64,000 nt of DNA from an uncultured Methanosarcinales archaeon (GCA_903871465.1 CAIQHB010000002.1:780-64779); one strand, 5' to 3'; positions 28,588 through 37,741 are shown, numbered from the stretch's first letter. Notes: generated by a model from the sequence alone, not told the origin. Translations and numbers: made by a program.

Positions 28588-30288
28588 CTAGAACGTTCTC
28601 CCCAATTGCATGAACAGATGCTCCAGAATCGGGCCGAGCATCATAATCGGGAAGAACTGCAGGGCGTTCACTATTATGACCGTGCCTACCACCAGGATGA
28701 TGAAGAAGGGGCTGGTCACGGGCAGGGTTGCTGCGGTCATTGGAATGATCTTCTTCTTGGCCAGCGACCCGGCAATGGCCAGAGCCGTGAACATAGTGGA
28801 GTACCTCCCGATAGCCATTCCCACCACGATGGTCAGATTGTAGAATGGCGTGTTAGTAGTCAGGCCCGCGGCAGGCGAGCCGTTGTTGACGCATATGGAT
28901 GCATAGTTGTAAAAGATCTCCATCAGCCCATGCGGTCCGTAATTATTCAGGCCCGCGAGGGCAAGGGGCAAAGATATGGCGATCCCTGTGAAGACCAGTG
29001 TGGGCAACGATGATGACAGGAGTGATACCGCTGCCAGGATGATCTCCCGGGGTTCGATCTTCTTGCCCGCCATCTCCGGTGAACGGCCGGTCATGAGCCC
29101 TCCCAGGAACATTGCCAGAATGAAGTAATAGAGCATGGTTATTATGCCCTCGCCCCAGCACCCGAATATTGGCGCTCCCACCACTATGTTCCAGAGTATT
29201 CCCATGAAGCTGAGAGGCAGCACGCTGTCATGCTGGACGAGGGTCGAGCCGTTGGCGGGACACATGGAGGTCAATGTCCAGATCATGTCCTCGAATAATG
29301 TGAAGCGCATCTCCTTGCCTTCCAGGTTCATGCCGCCTGCGACGCCCAGCTTTTCCAGTATCGGATTTCCCTGAAACTCCGGGTAGAGGTAGAAGGGCGA
29401 TGATAGCAGATAAAGCGCCAGCATGGCTCCGAAAAGCGCCCATCCAATCTTGCGGTTCCTGATCATCTCTCCGAAGGCAAAGCACATCGAGGCCGGGACG
29501 AGCAACATGATGCACATCTCAAATGCATAGGATAGGGGCGTGGGAGTTTCGAAGGGATGGACCGCATTCACGTTGAAGAAGCCGCCTCCGTCCTCGCACA
29601 CTATCTGCATAGCGATCAGGCCTGCCGCCGGCCCGCCTGGTATGAGCTGCTCTGCCCCCTCCAACGTCTTTGCTGTGACATAAGGGTTCATATTCTGTAT
29701 AACACCCTGAGAGGCGATGGCAAAGGCCAAGATTAAGGCCAAGGGCAAGATGATGTAGAATACAATCCGGGTCACATCGACCCAAAAGTTGCCAATGGTA
29801 TCGAAGTTCTTGCGGACAAAGCCCCGGATCAAGGCGACGCTGCAGGCCAATCCCACGGCCGGGCTGAGAAAGTCCTGAACAATGACTCCCAGAATCTGGG
29901 AGAGATAGCTCATGTCCCGCTCACCGGAGTAGACCTGCCATTCGGTATTGGTGACGAAAGAGAATGCCGTGTTCAGAGCAGTATCCCAGCGAAAAGAGCC
30001 GAGCCCCTGAGGATTGAGGGGAAGAACGCCCTGCAACATGAGGAGCATGAAGAAGAAAGCAATCCCCAGCACTTCGAAGCAAATAAGCATCAAAAGGTAG
30101 TTCTTCCAGGACATCTCTCTCTGCTCGTCAATTCCACACAGGCGGTAAATTATCTTCTCCACGGGCCGGATAATCGGCGTGAGCAGATTTGAATCTCCGT
30201 TGAAGACCCTCGCCATGTACCTGCCATAGAATACTGCCACTGCAAGACAGGCGGCTATAATGGCCACATGCGCCAATTCGACCAGCAT
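28588..30288 (-). CDS. kdpA: K+-transporting ATPase subunit A (copy 1), atypical filter
   Basis: TNTEWQ, GGGFFNVN, HPFETP, EGKEMRF and NNGS motifs. Confidence 0.93.
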   Translation of the reverse strand: MLVELAHVAIIAACLAVAVFYGRYMARVFNGDSNLLTPIIRPVEKIIYRLCGIDEQREMSWKNYLLMLICFEVLGIAFFFMLLMLQGVLPLNPQGLGSFRWDTALNTAFSFVTNTEWQVYSGERDMSYLSQILGVIVQDFLSPAVGLACSVALIRGFVRKNFDTIGNFWVDVTRIVFYIILPLALILAFAIASQGVIQNMNPYVTAKTLEGAEQLIPGGPAAGLIAMQIVCEDGGGFFNVNAVHPFETPTPLSYAFEMCIMLLVPASMCFAFGEMIRNRKIGWALFGAMLALYLLSSPFYLYPEFQGNPILEKLGVAGGMNLEGKEMRFTLFEDMIWTLTSMCPANGSTLVQHDSVLPLSFMGILWNIVVGAPIFGCWGEGIITMLYYFILAMFLGGLMTGRSPEMAGKKIEPREIILAAVSLLSSSLPTLVFTGIAISLPLALAGLNNYGPHGLMEIFYNYASICVNNGSPAAGLTTNTPFYNLTIVVGMAIGRYSTMFTALAIAGSLAKKKIIPMTAATLPVTSPFFIILVVGTVIIVNALQFFPIMMLGPILEHLFMQLGRTF

Positions 30289-31103
30289 TTAGTCCTCCGT
30301 GCATCAAATTTTAGTATGTAATAAATAGCAATTTGAGTTATAATTAATAAATTGATTGATATAAATAATTACGAAATTATCGGGTACGCTGGCCCGACAC
30401 AAAAGTGCTCGGGATAGGAAGAGTGTTGAAAACTTGTGCCAGGACATATGTTAAACTGAACACGACAATAGTTTTGGTTTTCATGGCAGGCATGATTAAG
30501 TTTGGAATCATATCGGAGTCACCTGTAATTCGGGCTTGGGTTTGCACTCGACCTCAGAACTTGCCTTCGTGTGCTAGGACTGATTCTCATAGTGCCATTC
30601 TCCATGGGAACTAGCATACGGTCAAATCTGATATATAAAAACTTTTGAGAATTTTTATGAGAAATTATGAGAAATTATGATCGCTCTTAAGATCATTACG
30701 TGAAGTAAATAATACATCCAGAGAGGACACCGATTGCTTCGCGTTTGTGGGTAGTGCATTTCCCATACAAATCAAAGTCCAAGATGTCAAGCATTTGATT
30801 TTTCATTTGCCACATGCTAGCCCGCTTCCCCAGGATCATAGGAGTTTCAACTATGATCTTACGAATTGGCACCTCCAATAGATCAAAGTTCAATATCTTT
30901 GCCAATTTGGACGTGCCTTGCTTCTCCCTGGGCCCTCGAACCATCCCGGAAGTAGAAGGCTCCACGACGCCAATACATAAATTTTTTATTGAATAAAAAG
31001 CAATGTGATTAAAATACTGACAATTATCTACCACATATTGAAAAGTTAGTCCGCCTCCCAAAGGCAATAAATCCAAAATACGATCTTTAAAACGCAGGAT
31101 AAA

Positions 31104-31228
31104 GCATTTATACTTCTAGGAGTACGTAAACTTGGCCCAACGCTAGAAGTTTACGCGAGCGTTGTGGCGGGGTTCAGCCATCATCCGCCGTACAATCGAG
31201 GCCAGCCTAGAGATTGCTGGTCCTCGAT
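31104..31228 (+). ncRNA. Copy 2 of the repeated TATA + palindrome + hairpin element
   Basis: TTTATA 31107-12; CGTAAACTT-N13-AAGTTTACG; CAACGCT/AGCGTTG; GGCGG/CCGCC; terminal stem ATCGAGG-CCAGC/GCTGG-T-CCTCGAT. Confidence 0.55.
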
Positions 31229-31273
31229 CCTCTCATCACCGCTAATCATCCAAAGCTTAATTCCAAGGCGAAT

Positions 31274-31864
31274 ATGAATAAGAGCATCCCGAAACCAAGT
31301 TTATATATAGTTACGCCGGCTGCGACCCAACATACTGACAGGACTATTCTTGATCTCGAAATCTATCTAACAAATAGCAACAATTTTAGATCCTGCATTT
31401 ATGATCATCGAGAGGTCAAGTCCATGGCAGAACGTTTTGGCTTATCCCCGGATCGAATTCGTTCTGAGCTAAGACGTCTCGGCTATCAATTGACTAATAA
31501 CGGTCATGGCCGGATGGTCTGGAAGAGTAAGGAAGGCGAACATATGAATTATGCCAAAAAGATCGCCTCCCTGGAAGAATATATTTCGAAATGCGAAGCC
31601 AGACAGCTGCAGTTCTACGATAGATCTGAAATTGGCAGGATCGCGAAGAAAAGCGGAGTAGACCGTGACTCCGTCAGAGCTGTACTGAGGCGCAGAGGCT
31701 ATAAATTGAGCCTGAATGCACACGATATAGCTGTTTGGGTTAAGAGACAGAGCACTGACACCGGATCGCTGGTTTCCGGCGCTTTCGCCGGTTCGGTTCT
31801 AGTTATGGGGACCGCGTATTGCAGCAGTCTTTATACTTGCCATCAATTTTTGTACCAGCTCTAG
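31274..31864 (+). CDS. Hypothetical protein with two tandem HTH/winged-helix-like domains
   Basis: IYDHREVKSMAERFGLSPDRIRSELRRLGYQL..W versus FYDRSEIGRIAKKSGVDRDSVRAVLRRRGYKL..W; ATG 31274 is the likely start. Confidence 0.6.
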   Translation: MNKSIPKPSLYIVTPAATQHTDRTILDLEIYLTNSNNFRSCIYDHREVKSMAERFGLSPDRIRSELRRLGYQLTNNGHGRMVWKSKEGEHMNYAKKIASLEEYISKCEARQLQFYDRSEIGRIAKKSGVDRDSVRAVLRRRGYKLSLNAHDIAVWVKRQSTDTGSLVSGAFAGSVLVMGTAYCSSLYTCHQFLYQL

Positions 31865-31918
31865 CTTTTCATCTATCCAAGACAAGAGGCAGCCCGGTAG
31901 AAATTTTCGTGTTTTATA

Positions 31919-33274
31919 TTATATTACGTTTTGGCATTCTTGCTCCGTATACAGTCTCTCCAACCAGCTTACCCCAAATAGAAATGCTGCAGAGACCGCT
32001 ATGCCAAGCAGAGGATACTTCTGGCCCAGGAAGATTGCTGTTAGTCCGCCTCCAACCAATGCTGCCAACGCGCCGGAAGGCGTAAGGCCCAGCCTATCTC
32101 TATAGAATCCGGCAATAACCGGCAAGAGCAGGCCACTGGTGAAGACGGTATAAGCAATAAGCAGGGTCTTAATGATGCCGGGCATTGAGACCGCCAATGC
32201 AAGGGCTGAAATCCCTATGCCTAACACGGAAAGCCTTGAGACTGCCATCAGTTTCCGTTCACTCGAATCCGGGCTTATTTTTCTGTAAATATCCAGAGTC
32301 AAAATGGATGTGGCGGTCATCAGGCTCGTGTCTGCTGATGACATGAACGCCGCCAGTAGGGCGGCTGCCACCAAGCCTTCTGTGCCGGAGGATAGCAGTC
32401 CTGTCAGGAGCAGCGGGATCGCCTGCTCAGGGGAAGCCGCAGGATAGAGCGACCGGGCGAAAATACCAAGCGAAGTAATCAGGAAGGCCGTCGGGATAAG
32501 GATGACAGCTGCGATCGCCGCCGATACCTTTGCTTCCCTGGGGCTATGGGCAGAGAACAGACGGGAATACATATCAGGACCGACCAGGTACGCCGAGCCG
32601 ACAACCAATAGCATGGTCAGTACATCGCTTGACCCCATCTCAGGAGATGCAGGAAAGCTTTGGCCCTGGAGCAAGCCGGGTCCGCCGGCCTCTAAGGCTT
32701 TGAAAAAAAGGACGGTCATTCCTGTTAATATTATGACTAACTGCACCAGGTCGGTCCTTATCACAGAGCTCTGACCTCCGTGAACTGTGTAGAGCACAAA
32801 GACTGCCGTGCAGGCAATCATGAATAGGGTCTCATTTCCCCCGAATACCGCTCCCAGCACCTTGCCTGAAGCCACGATCTGCACCGCAATGACTCCCACC
32901 CAGGAGATTACAATGAGGGTGGAAGCGACAAACCTTGCCCTTTCCCCATAGAAAGAGCCCACCAGTTCGGGCAGAGTGTAGCATCCTGTAGCCCTAACTT
33001 TCTCAGCAAAAAAGGTCGCCAGCACCAGCAGGCCCGCCGTGCCGGAGAGCATCCACCATGCACCTGGCAGGCCCTTGCTGAAGCCCAAACCTGCCATGCC
33101 CAGAGTTGCCGAAGCGCCGATGATGGTGGCACAGAATGTGCCTGTAAGAAGAACCAGCTTTATGCTCCGCCCCGCCAGGTGGAAATCCTCCAGTCCTTTC
33201 ATGCGAAGCCCCCAAGCGCCTATGGCAAGCATCGCCAACAAGTATACGACTATTACGACGGCAGCCAGGTCCAT
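31919..33274 (-). CDS. Sodium:solute symporter family protein
   Basis: DFHLAGRS, TLPELVG..YG, GGQSSVIRTDLVQ and AAFMSSADT motifs; about 13 TM. Confidence 0.9.
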   Translation of the reverse strand: MDLAAVVIVVYLLAMLAIGAWGLRMKGLEDFHLAGRSIKLVLLTGTFCATIIGASATLGMAGLGFSKGLPGAWWMLSGTAGLLVLATFFAEKVRATGCYTLPELVGSFYGERARFVASTLIVISWVGVIAVQIVASGKVLGAVFGGNETLFMIACTAVFVLYTVHGGQSSVIRTDLVQLVIILTGMTVLFFKALEAGGPGLLQGQSFPASPEMGSSDVLTMLLVVGSAYLVGPDMYSRLFSAHSPREAKVSAAIAAVILIPTAFLITSLGIFARSLYPAASPEQAIPLLLTGLLSSGTEGLVAAALLAAFMSSADTSLMTATSILTLDIYRKISPDSSERKLMAVSRLSVLGIGISALALAVSMPGIIKTLLIAYTVFTSGLLLPVIAGFYRDRLGLTPSGALAALVGGGLTAIFLGQKYPLLGIAVSAAFLFGVSWLERLYTEQECQNVI

Positions 33275-33558
33275 AGAACTATTCCTCTCGGTTTGTAAAC
33301 TCCTTCTTCGCGAGGAAGGTTGACAATACTATAAAGCCTTTGCTGTAACTGCAATGTTGGTTTAATGAGAAGATTGAGAGCCAATATTTTTTTACTGGCT
33401 CTCTATTGTCGGGCAAGATAGTGGATAAACCCCACGACAATTTTGCTGTAAACCCATGGCATTGGGCAAGGTTTACATGATCAGGAGGTATAAGTATTTT
33501 TGCATGGGCCTATCTTTCACGTCAAGACCCCAAGAATACATAGAATGACTCGAACCTC

Positions 33559-33726
33559 TCACGCCCTTATCTTGATTTGTCTCGCGATAAGACTTGATTC
33601 AAGCTTGCCGCAAACAGGACAACTTATAGTGTTAGGGATTTTGCCTTCAAGCCAGGATATCAATATTTCCTCGGTGGAGAACTCAGCCCCACAGCCTATA
33701 CAACGAATCATTCTTCCTTTTATCAT
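33559..33726 (-). CDS. Unannotated 55-aa zinc-ribbon microprotein
   Basis: MIKGRMIRCIGCGAEFSTEEILISWLEGKIPNTISCPVCGKLESSLIARQIKIRA (CxxC...CPxCG). Confidence 0.65.
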   Translation of the reverse strand: MIKGRMIRCIGCGAEFSTEEILISWLEGKIPNTISCPVCGKLESSLIARQIKIRA

Positions 33727-33911
33727 TCAGGAAATCGCTATTGGACTAAGGACCTTATCAATGCTATCCTCGGATTTCAATCATCCATGCGAAGGCAGTT
33801 GGAGGTATCTTCATTCGCGAGCCTATCAAAGGAGGCCTAATTATCATTCCAGGTTGCCGGCCTTCAGGCATTACGACAATATGAAATACAAAATAGGATA
33901 ATAGTAATAAG

Positions 33912-33933
33912 GATCCTGGCATTGGCCAGGATC
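33912..33933 (-). terminator. Perfect 9-bp hairpin just downstream of the 36-aa ORF
   Basis: GATCCTGGC-attg-GCCAGGATC. Confidence 0.45.
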
Positions 33934-33946
33934 GGGCAGAACAAGT

Positions 33947-34057
33947 TTATCTGACTTGTGCTCTGCTATCGGACCACTTGTTGAATACTGCGGGCAGTAC
34001 GACTGTAAGCACGCCGAATAGTACCACAGCGATTAGCTGATCCATAAGGTTAGGCAT
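33947..34057 (-). CDS. Unannotated 36-aa single-TM microprotein
   Basis: MPNLMDQLIAVVLFGVLTVVLPAVFNKWSDSRAQVR; SD GGAGGTGA upstream; downstream hairpin. Confidence 0.6.
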   Translation of the reverse strand: MPNLMDQLIAVVLFGVLTVVLPAVFNKWSDSRAQVR

Positions 34058-34239
34058 CTATTTTCACCTCCTTTTCAGGCAATGAGTAACATAGATTTGG
34101 CTCTTATTTTCCTACTTCACACATAAACTTTGTGCTACCGCTTTCTGCAAAAAAACCATCGCTCAAGAGCGTTGACCGATCTGGTTTTATTGCGATCTAA
34201 AGCTGTATTGAAGGCCGGACAGTCGCCGGCCTCCCTGAA

Positions 34240-34413
34240 CTAATGCATCATTGAAGCTGCCGCAATAACTACCACTGCAAGAATAGCCACCACGACAATT
34301 ACATTCCGCATCTCTATGTGCATTACTTCTCTTCTGTGTTTTGGCCTATGAGCTACAACCTCTGCGATCCACTTCTCGTGCTGCAGCATTGCATCGCTCT
34401 TTACAACTGTCAT
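34240..34413 (-). CDS. Unannotated 57-aa tail-anchored microprotein
   Basis: MTVVKSDAMLQHEKWIAEVVAHRPKHRREVMHIEMRNVIVVVAILAVVVIAAASMMH; SD GGAGGT; hairpin AGGCCGG/CCGGCCT right after the stop. Confidence 0.6.
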   Translation of the reverse strand: MTVVKSDAMLQHEKWIAEVVAHRPKHRREVMHIEMRNVIVVVAILAVVVIAAASMMH

Positions 34414-34509
34414 GAATCTTACCTCCCGTAATCAGGCGCTGGATTAGTCCATGCCTGTCTTCTGTTATACTCTTCAGTAGAAAAACCTTACCGGCCTGAT
34501 ATGCGTCAC

Positions 34510-35175
34510 TCATTTGGTCAAGTCTCCAGGGTCCGGCTCGGAATTCCTCGGCCCGCGACTGGGATTGGTCCTGTATATCTGCGCGTCTTTGCAGATTTTG
34601 CCCGTCGCCACGAGCATTCCCAGCTCAGACGCGATTTGTTCGCTCCTCTGCCTGAACTGGTCAATTACAAGCTTCTCCAGATCTTTTTTTGCCGCTCTAT
34701 TGCCTTTGCCTATCCCCGGACACAGGGGATTGTAGCCTATGCTCAAGATGATATCACCTTCAGGCGTTGACTTCTCCTCCACCCGGAAGGGAAAGAGCCT
34801 GCAGGCCCTGGGTCGATCCTGGTAGATGGTGCAACCATCCTTGTAGAATACGCATGTTGTGTCCTCCTTGCTCTGCATGACTGGAAAATCCAGTATGATC
34901 TTTGATCCTTGATCATCAACATGCACGCATCGGCCATCATACTCATGAAGCGTATCCACAAATTCACGGGGTTCCAGACCAGTCTTGCGGCCGATGTTCT
35001 CGATATCCGTTTCCGTCAGATAAATGAGGTTCGACTTTTCCCAGAACTCCGGCAGCCGATCCAGAGGGACCAGGTCCCCGAACTCCTGCGGCCTCTTATG
35101 ATGGCAGCAGGCGCCGCATCTCTGGCAACTAAATCTGATATCATCAAAAGCAGTCAGCACTAAGACCTGAGGCAA
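34510..35175 (-). CDS. YkgJ-family cysteine-cluster (putative Fe-S) protein
   Basis: FSCQRCGACC...CVFY..GCTIY..RP.ACRLFPF...CPG. Confidence 0.85.
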   Translation of the reverse strand: MPQVLVLTAFDDIRFSCQRCGACCHHKRPQEFGDLVPLDRLPEFWEKSNLIYLTETDIENIGRKTGLEPREFVDTLHEYDGRCVHVDDQGSKIILDFPVMQSKEDTTCVFYKDGCTIYQDRPRACRLFPFRVEEKSTPEGDIILSIGYNPLCPGIGKGNRAAKKDLEKLVIDQFRQRSEQIASELGMLVATGKICKDAQIYRTNPSRGPRNSEPDPGDLTK

Positions 35176-35206
35176 AAGATCCTCAAAAAAGGAAAAGGAG
35201 ACGCGC

Positions 35207-36142
35207 TTAGAGCGTCTTCTTAAAGGGATGATCCTCGGTCAGAACCTTCAGCCCCAGTTCCTCGGCAGATTCCGCCTTCATGATGTCCACCATTGCGGCA
35301 GCGGGGAAGATCATGGGTGCGTTCTCGATGGGACCGTACAGGTAGAAGTCAGCTCCCAGGATGCCGGCTACCAGGTTGGAGCCGATATCCACGGGTGCGA
35401 AAGCTTCCTTATGCTGTTTCTTCCACTGCTTCATCCAGTCCCAGGCGGAGGCTGCGTTGTGGAAGCCAGCGCCCACGGGCAAGCCCAGCTGAGCCTTGAC
35501 TGCAATGCAGGCCCTGTAGGTGGCACCGGAGCCGTTGCCTAAGGGCATCGCCGCAACATCCAGCAGAATCCTGGTGATGCCGCATTCCTTGGCGTAATCC
35601 AGCATTCCCATCTTGGCGCCGCCGGCAGCCTTGGTCAGGATGTTCATCTTGCCCACGGTTCCCTTCTCCATGGCGTTGAATGCCAGGACGATGGCGGCAT
35701 CGAGGTCGCTCTCCTTTACTGCCTTCAGCTCTTCCGGTGTGATGGAGGCGTTGATGGAGTTATGGACGGCCCTGTTGGCCACGCCGATCTCAGAGGCGTA
35801 CTTGACGCCAAAGGCGCGCACCTCTGGTGCAGAGGAGTCGATGAGGAACGGATAGTCCGAAAGACCTACAAACCAGTCGATCTCCTTCTTCATGGCCTCA
35901 TTGCTCTCAGCGACGATCTGGTTCATACAGGAGTTGCCGGTTATGTCGCTCATCTCAACCTGTGCATTCCAGAGCCTCTCGGCCGCAGCCGTATCAAAGA
36001 CTCCGTGCTCCGCATCGGAGACAATCTTGTGCCTGGCATAGAACATGGTGCCTATGCAGCACGTGGGGTACTCTCCAGGCTGGCCCCCAACCTTGAACTT
36101 GCCGAATTCGAAGACTTCTTGCTTCCTATCAAACTTAAACAT
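35207..36142 (-). CDS. mtrH: H4MPT S-methyltransferase subunit H
   Basis: MFKFDRKQEV, GGQPGEYPT, GTMFYARHKIV and LYGPIENA; last gene of the operon. Confidence 0.97.
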   Translation of the reverse strand: MFKFDRKQEVFEFGKFKVGGQPGEYPTCCIGTMFYARHKIVSDAEHGVFDTAAAERLWNAQVEMSDITGNSCMNQIVAESNEAMKKEIDWFVGLSDYPFLIDSSAPEVRAFGVKYASEIGVANRAVHNSINASITPEELKAVKESDLDAAIVLAFNAMEKGTVGKMNILTKAAGGAKMGMLDYAKECGITRILLDVAAMPLGNGSGATYRACIAVKAQLGLPVGAGFHNAASAWDWMKQWKKQHKEAFAPVDIGSNLVAGILGADFYLYGPIENAPMIFPAAAMVDIMKAESAEELGLKVLTEDHPFKKTL

Positions 36143-36388
36143 TCAAATCACCCTCGTCCAGTGGCCGGCATATACGAACAATATATACCCCAATATCATG
36201 ATTAATCCAGCGCAGAGCCCGTAGGCTAAGCCGAGATCCCTGCCGACGGACTTGCCGGCACGGAGGAACTTCTCACCTGAGTAGAACTCGATCTTCTCAT
36301 CGATCTTATCCAGTCTGGTCATCAGCAGGTTGAACTGTTCCTGATCGACGACCGCTATGGGCACTGTCTGCTTTCCTTCATTTGTCAT
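36143..36388 (-). CDS. mtrG: Mtr subunit G
   Basis: RLDKIDEKIEF..GE...R.GK.VGRDLG..YG. Confidence 0.95.
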   Translation of the reverse strand: MTNEGKQTVPIAVVDQEQFNLLMTRLDKIDEKIEFYSGEKFLRAGKSVGRDLGLAYGLCAGLIMILGYILFVYAGHWTRVI

Positions 36389-36391
36389 TGC

Positions 36392-36628
36392 TCACAGCCC
36401 CCCTTTGAATATGAAGAACGGCCCGATCATCATCAAGAGTGCGATGATGAACCCGGTGAAGAATCCCATCGAAACTGTAGAGATAACGGCTGAACTCAGT
36501 TTCGTCTCTCTGGCCAGGAGCTGGCCTTTATACTTGATATCCTCTACCAGGTCATCGAAATAGCCCTCTTGGACCAGGACGACCGTAGGAAATCCCTGGC
36601 CGTAGACAACTTCTTTCTCTTCTGCCAT
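36392..36628 (-). CDS. mtrF: Mtr subunit F
   Basis: LVEDIKYKGQLLARETKL.S plus C-terminal TM; operon position. Confidence 0.9.
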   Translation of the reverse strand: MAEEKEVVYGQGFPTVVLVQEGYFDDLVEDIKYKGQLLARETKLSSAVISTVSMGFFTGFIIALLMMIGPFFIFKGGL

Positions 36629-36630
36629 TT

Positions 36631-37368
36631 TTAGGTCCCTCCGTTAGGGGCTACCCTCAGGATTAAGCCGAAGAATATCAGGACGATGGTAACTCCCAGA
36701 GCTATGCCCTCCATCTTTCCTGCGTAGATGCCTGCCTGGAGCTTGTTGAGAAGACCATTGACGGTCACTGCATAATCCTGCATTCTGATCCGATCTCTGA
36801 TCTCCACAACCTCGGCTGCCAGCGGCCTCGGCCCATGGGCCTCCTCTTCTTCTCCTGCGGCCTTGATTTCGATTCTCATGGGCTCGACATCCAAGGCGCC
36901 CGGATCTTTGGAGACGAGCTCCTGGATCTTGGCCTTGATGGCGCCCATGTCCTCGACGTTCATCATATTGATGGGCTGGACCTGTTGCATGACTCTCTCG
37001 ATGGACTCCTCCGTCAGGTTCTGGATGAAGGGGATGGCACCTGTCGAGCCTACAATCTTTCCTTCTTTGTCCACCCCACCTGTGAGGAACGCTTCCGTGC
37101 ACTGGCCGGTGATATGTCCCTTGACCTCCATTCCACAGAGAAGTAAGTATCTGATGTTGGGGTTGGAGACCATGTTGGCGGTCATCTTCTCGATGCCGAT
37201 GTTCTCGGTCTTGCAGGGACCGACGAGGCTTGCTCCTACCGCCAGCAGCTCATCCGCCTTTAGATGCGATCCGCAGGTGCATACTGCTACCGGATTCTCC
37301 GGGTTTCCTGCATGATACTCTCCAGTAATCAGCGGCCATGGATCGGTAGGCTTCTTCTTCAGTACCAT
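36631..37368 (-). CDS. mtrA: Mtr subunit A (corrinoid protein)
   Basis: WPLITGEY, TCGSHL, CKTENIGIEK and EVKGHITGQ motifs. Confidence 0.97.
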   Translation of the reverse strand: MVLKKKPTDPWPLITGEYHAGNPENPVAVCTCGSHLKADELLAVGASLVGPCKTENIGIEKMTANMVSNPNIRYLLLCGMEVKGHITGQCTEAFLTGGVDKEGKIVGSTGAIPFIQNLTEESIERVMQQVQPINMMNVEDMGAIKAKIQELVSKDPGALDVEPMRIEIKAAGEEEEAHGPRPLAAEVVEIRDRIRMQDYAVTVNGLLNKLQAGIYAGKMEGIALGVTIVLIFFGLILRVAPNGGT

Positions 37369-37369
37369 T

Positions 37370-37729
37370 TTACATACCTCCCGGATGCGTCACAGCAGCT
37401 CTTACTAGCGCTACACCCGCTGGGGTAGCGAACAGAGAGCTGATCAGGATGACAAAGGCCACCACTAGGCCGATGATTAAGCCCATCCAAACGTTGGTGT
37501 AGAGACCGCCGATGTAGGAACATTTAGCCCTGTTGGCGTAAGACTCCATGAGCTCATTGTCGGGCACCAGTTGGTTCATCATATCCTGCGCTATCCTGTC
37601 CAGTCTATCAATCTTGGGGTAGAGGGGATCAAGTGCATACTGAATGAGATCCTCCCTTTCCGTCGAGATTGTTCCCTTGATCGGATCAAATAATAGACCC
37701 AATTCGGGTGATACTCTAACAACTCCCAT
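37370..37729 (-). CDS. mtrB: Mtr subunit B
   Basis: VRVSPELGL..DP..G; C-terminal TM; operon position. Confidence 0.9.
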   Translation of the reverse strand: MGVVRVSPELGLLFDPIKGTISTEREDLIQYALDPLYPKIDRLDRIAQDMMNQLVPDNELMESYANRAKCSYIGGLYTNVWMGLIIGLVVAFVILISSLFATPAGVALVRAAVTHPGGM

Positions 37730-37741
37730 TTTCTAGACCTC

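Noticed and set aside
30377-30511. 44-aa minus-strand ORF with SD AGGTGA as kdpF of operon 1
   Set aside because: Weakly hydrophobic, and an AT-rich TATA region lies between it and kdpA1, so co-transcription is unlikely
30696-31076. 126-aa minus-strand ORF
   Set aside because: TTG start, no recognisable motif; could be decayed or spurious, so it is not called
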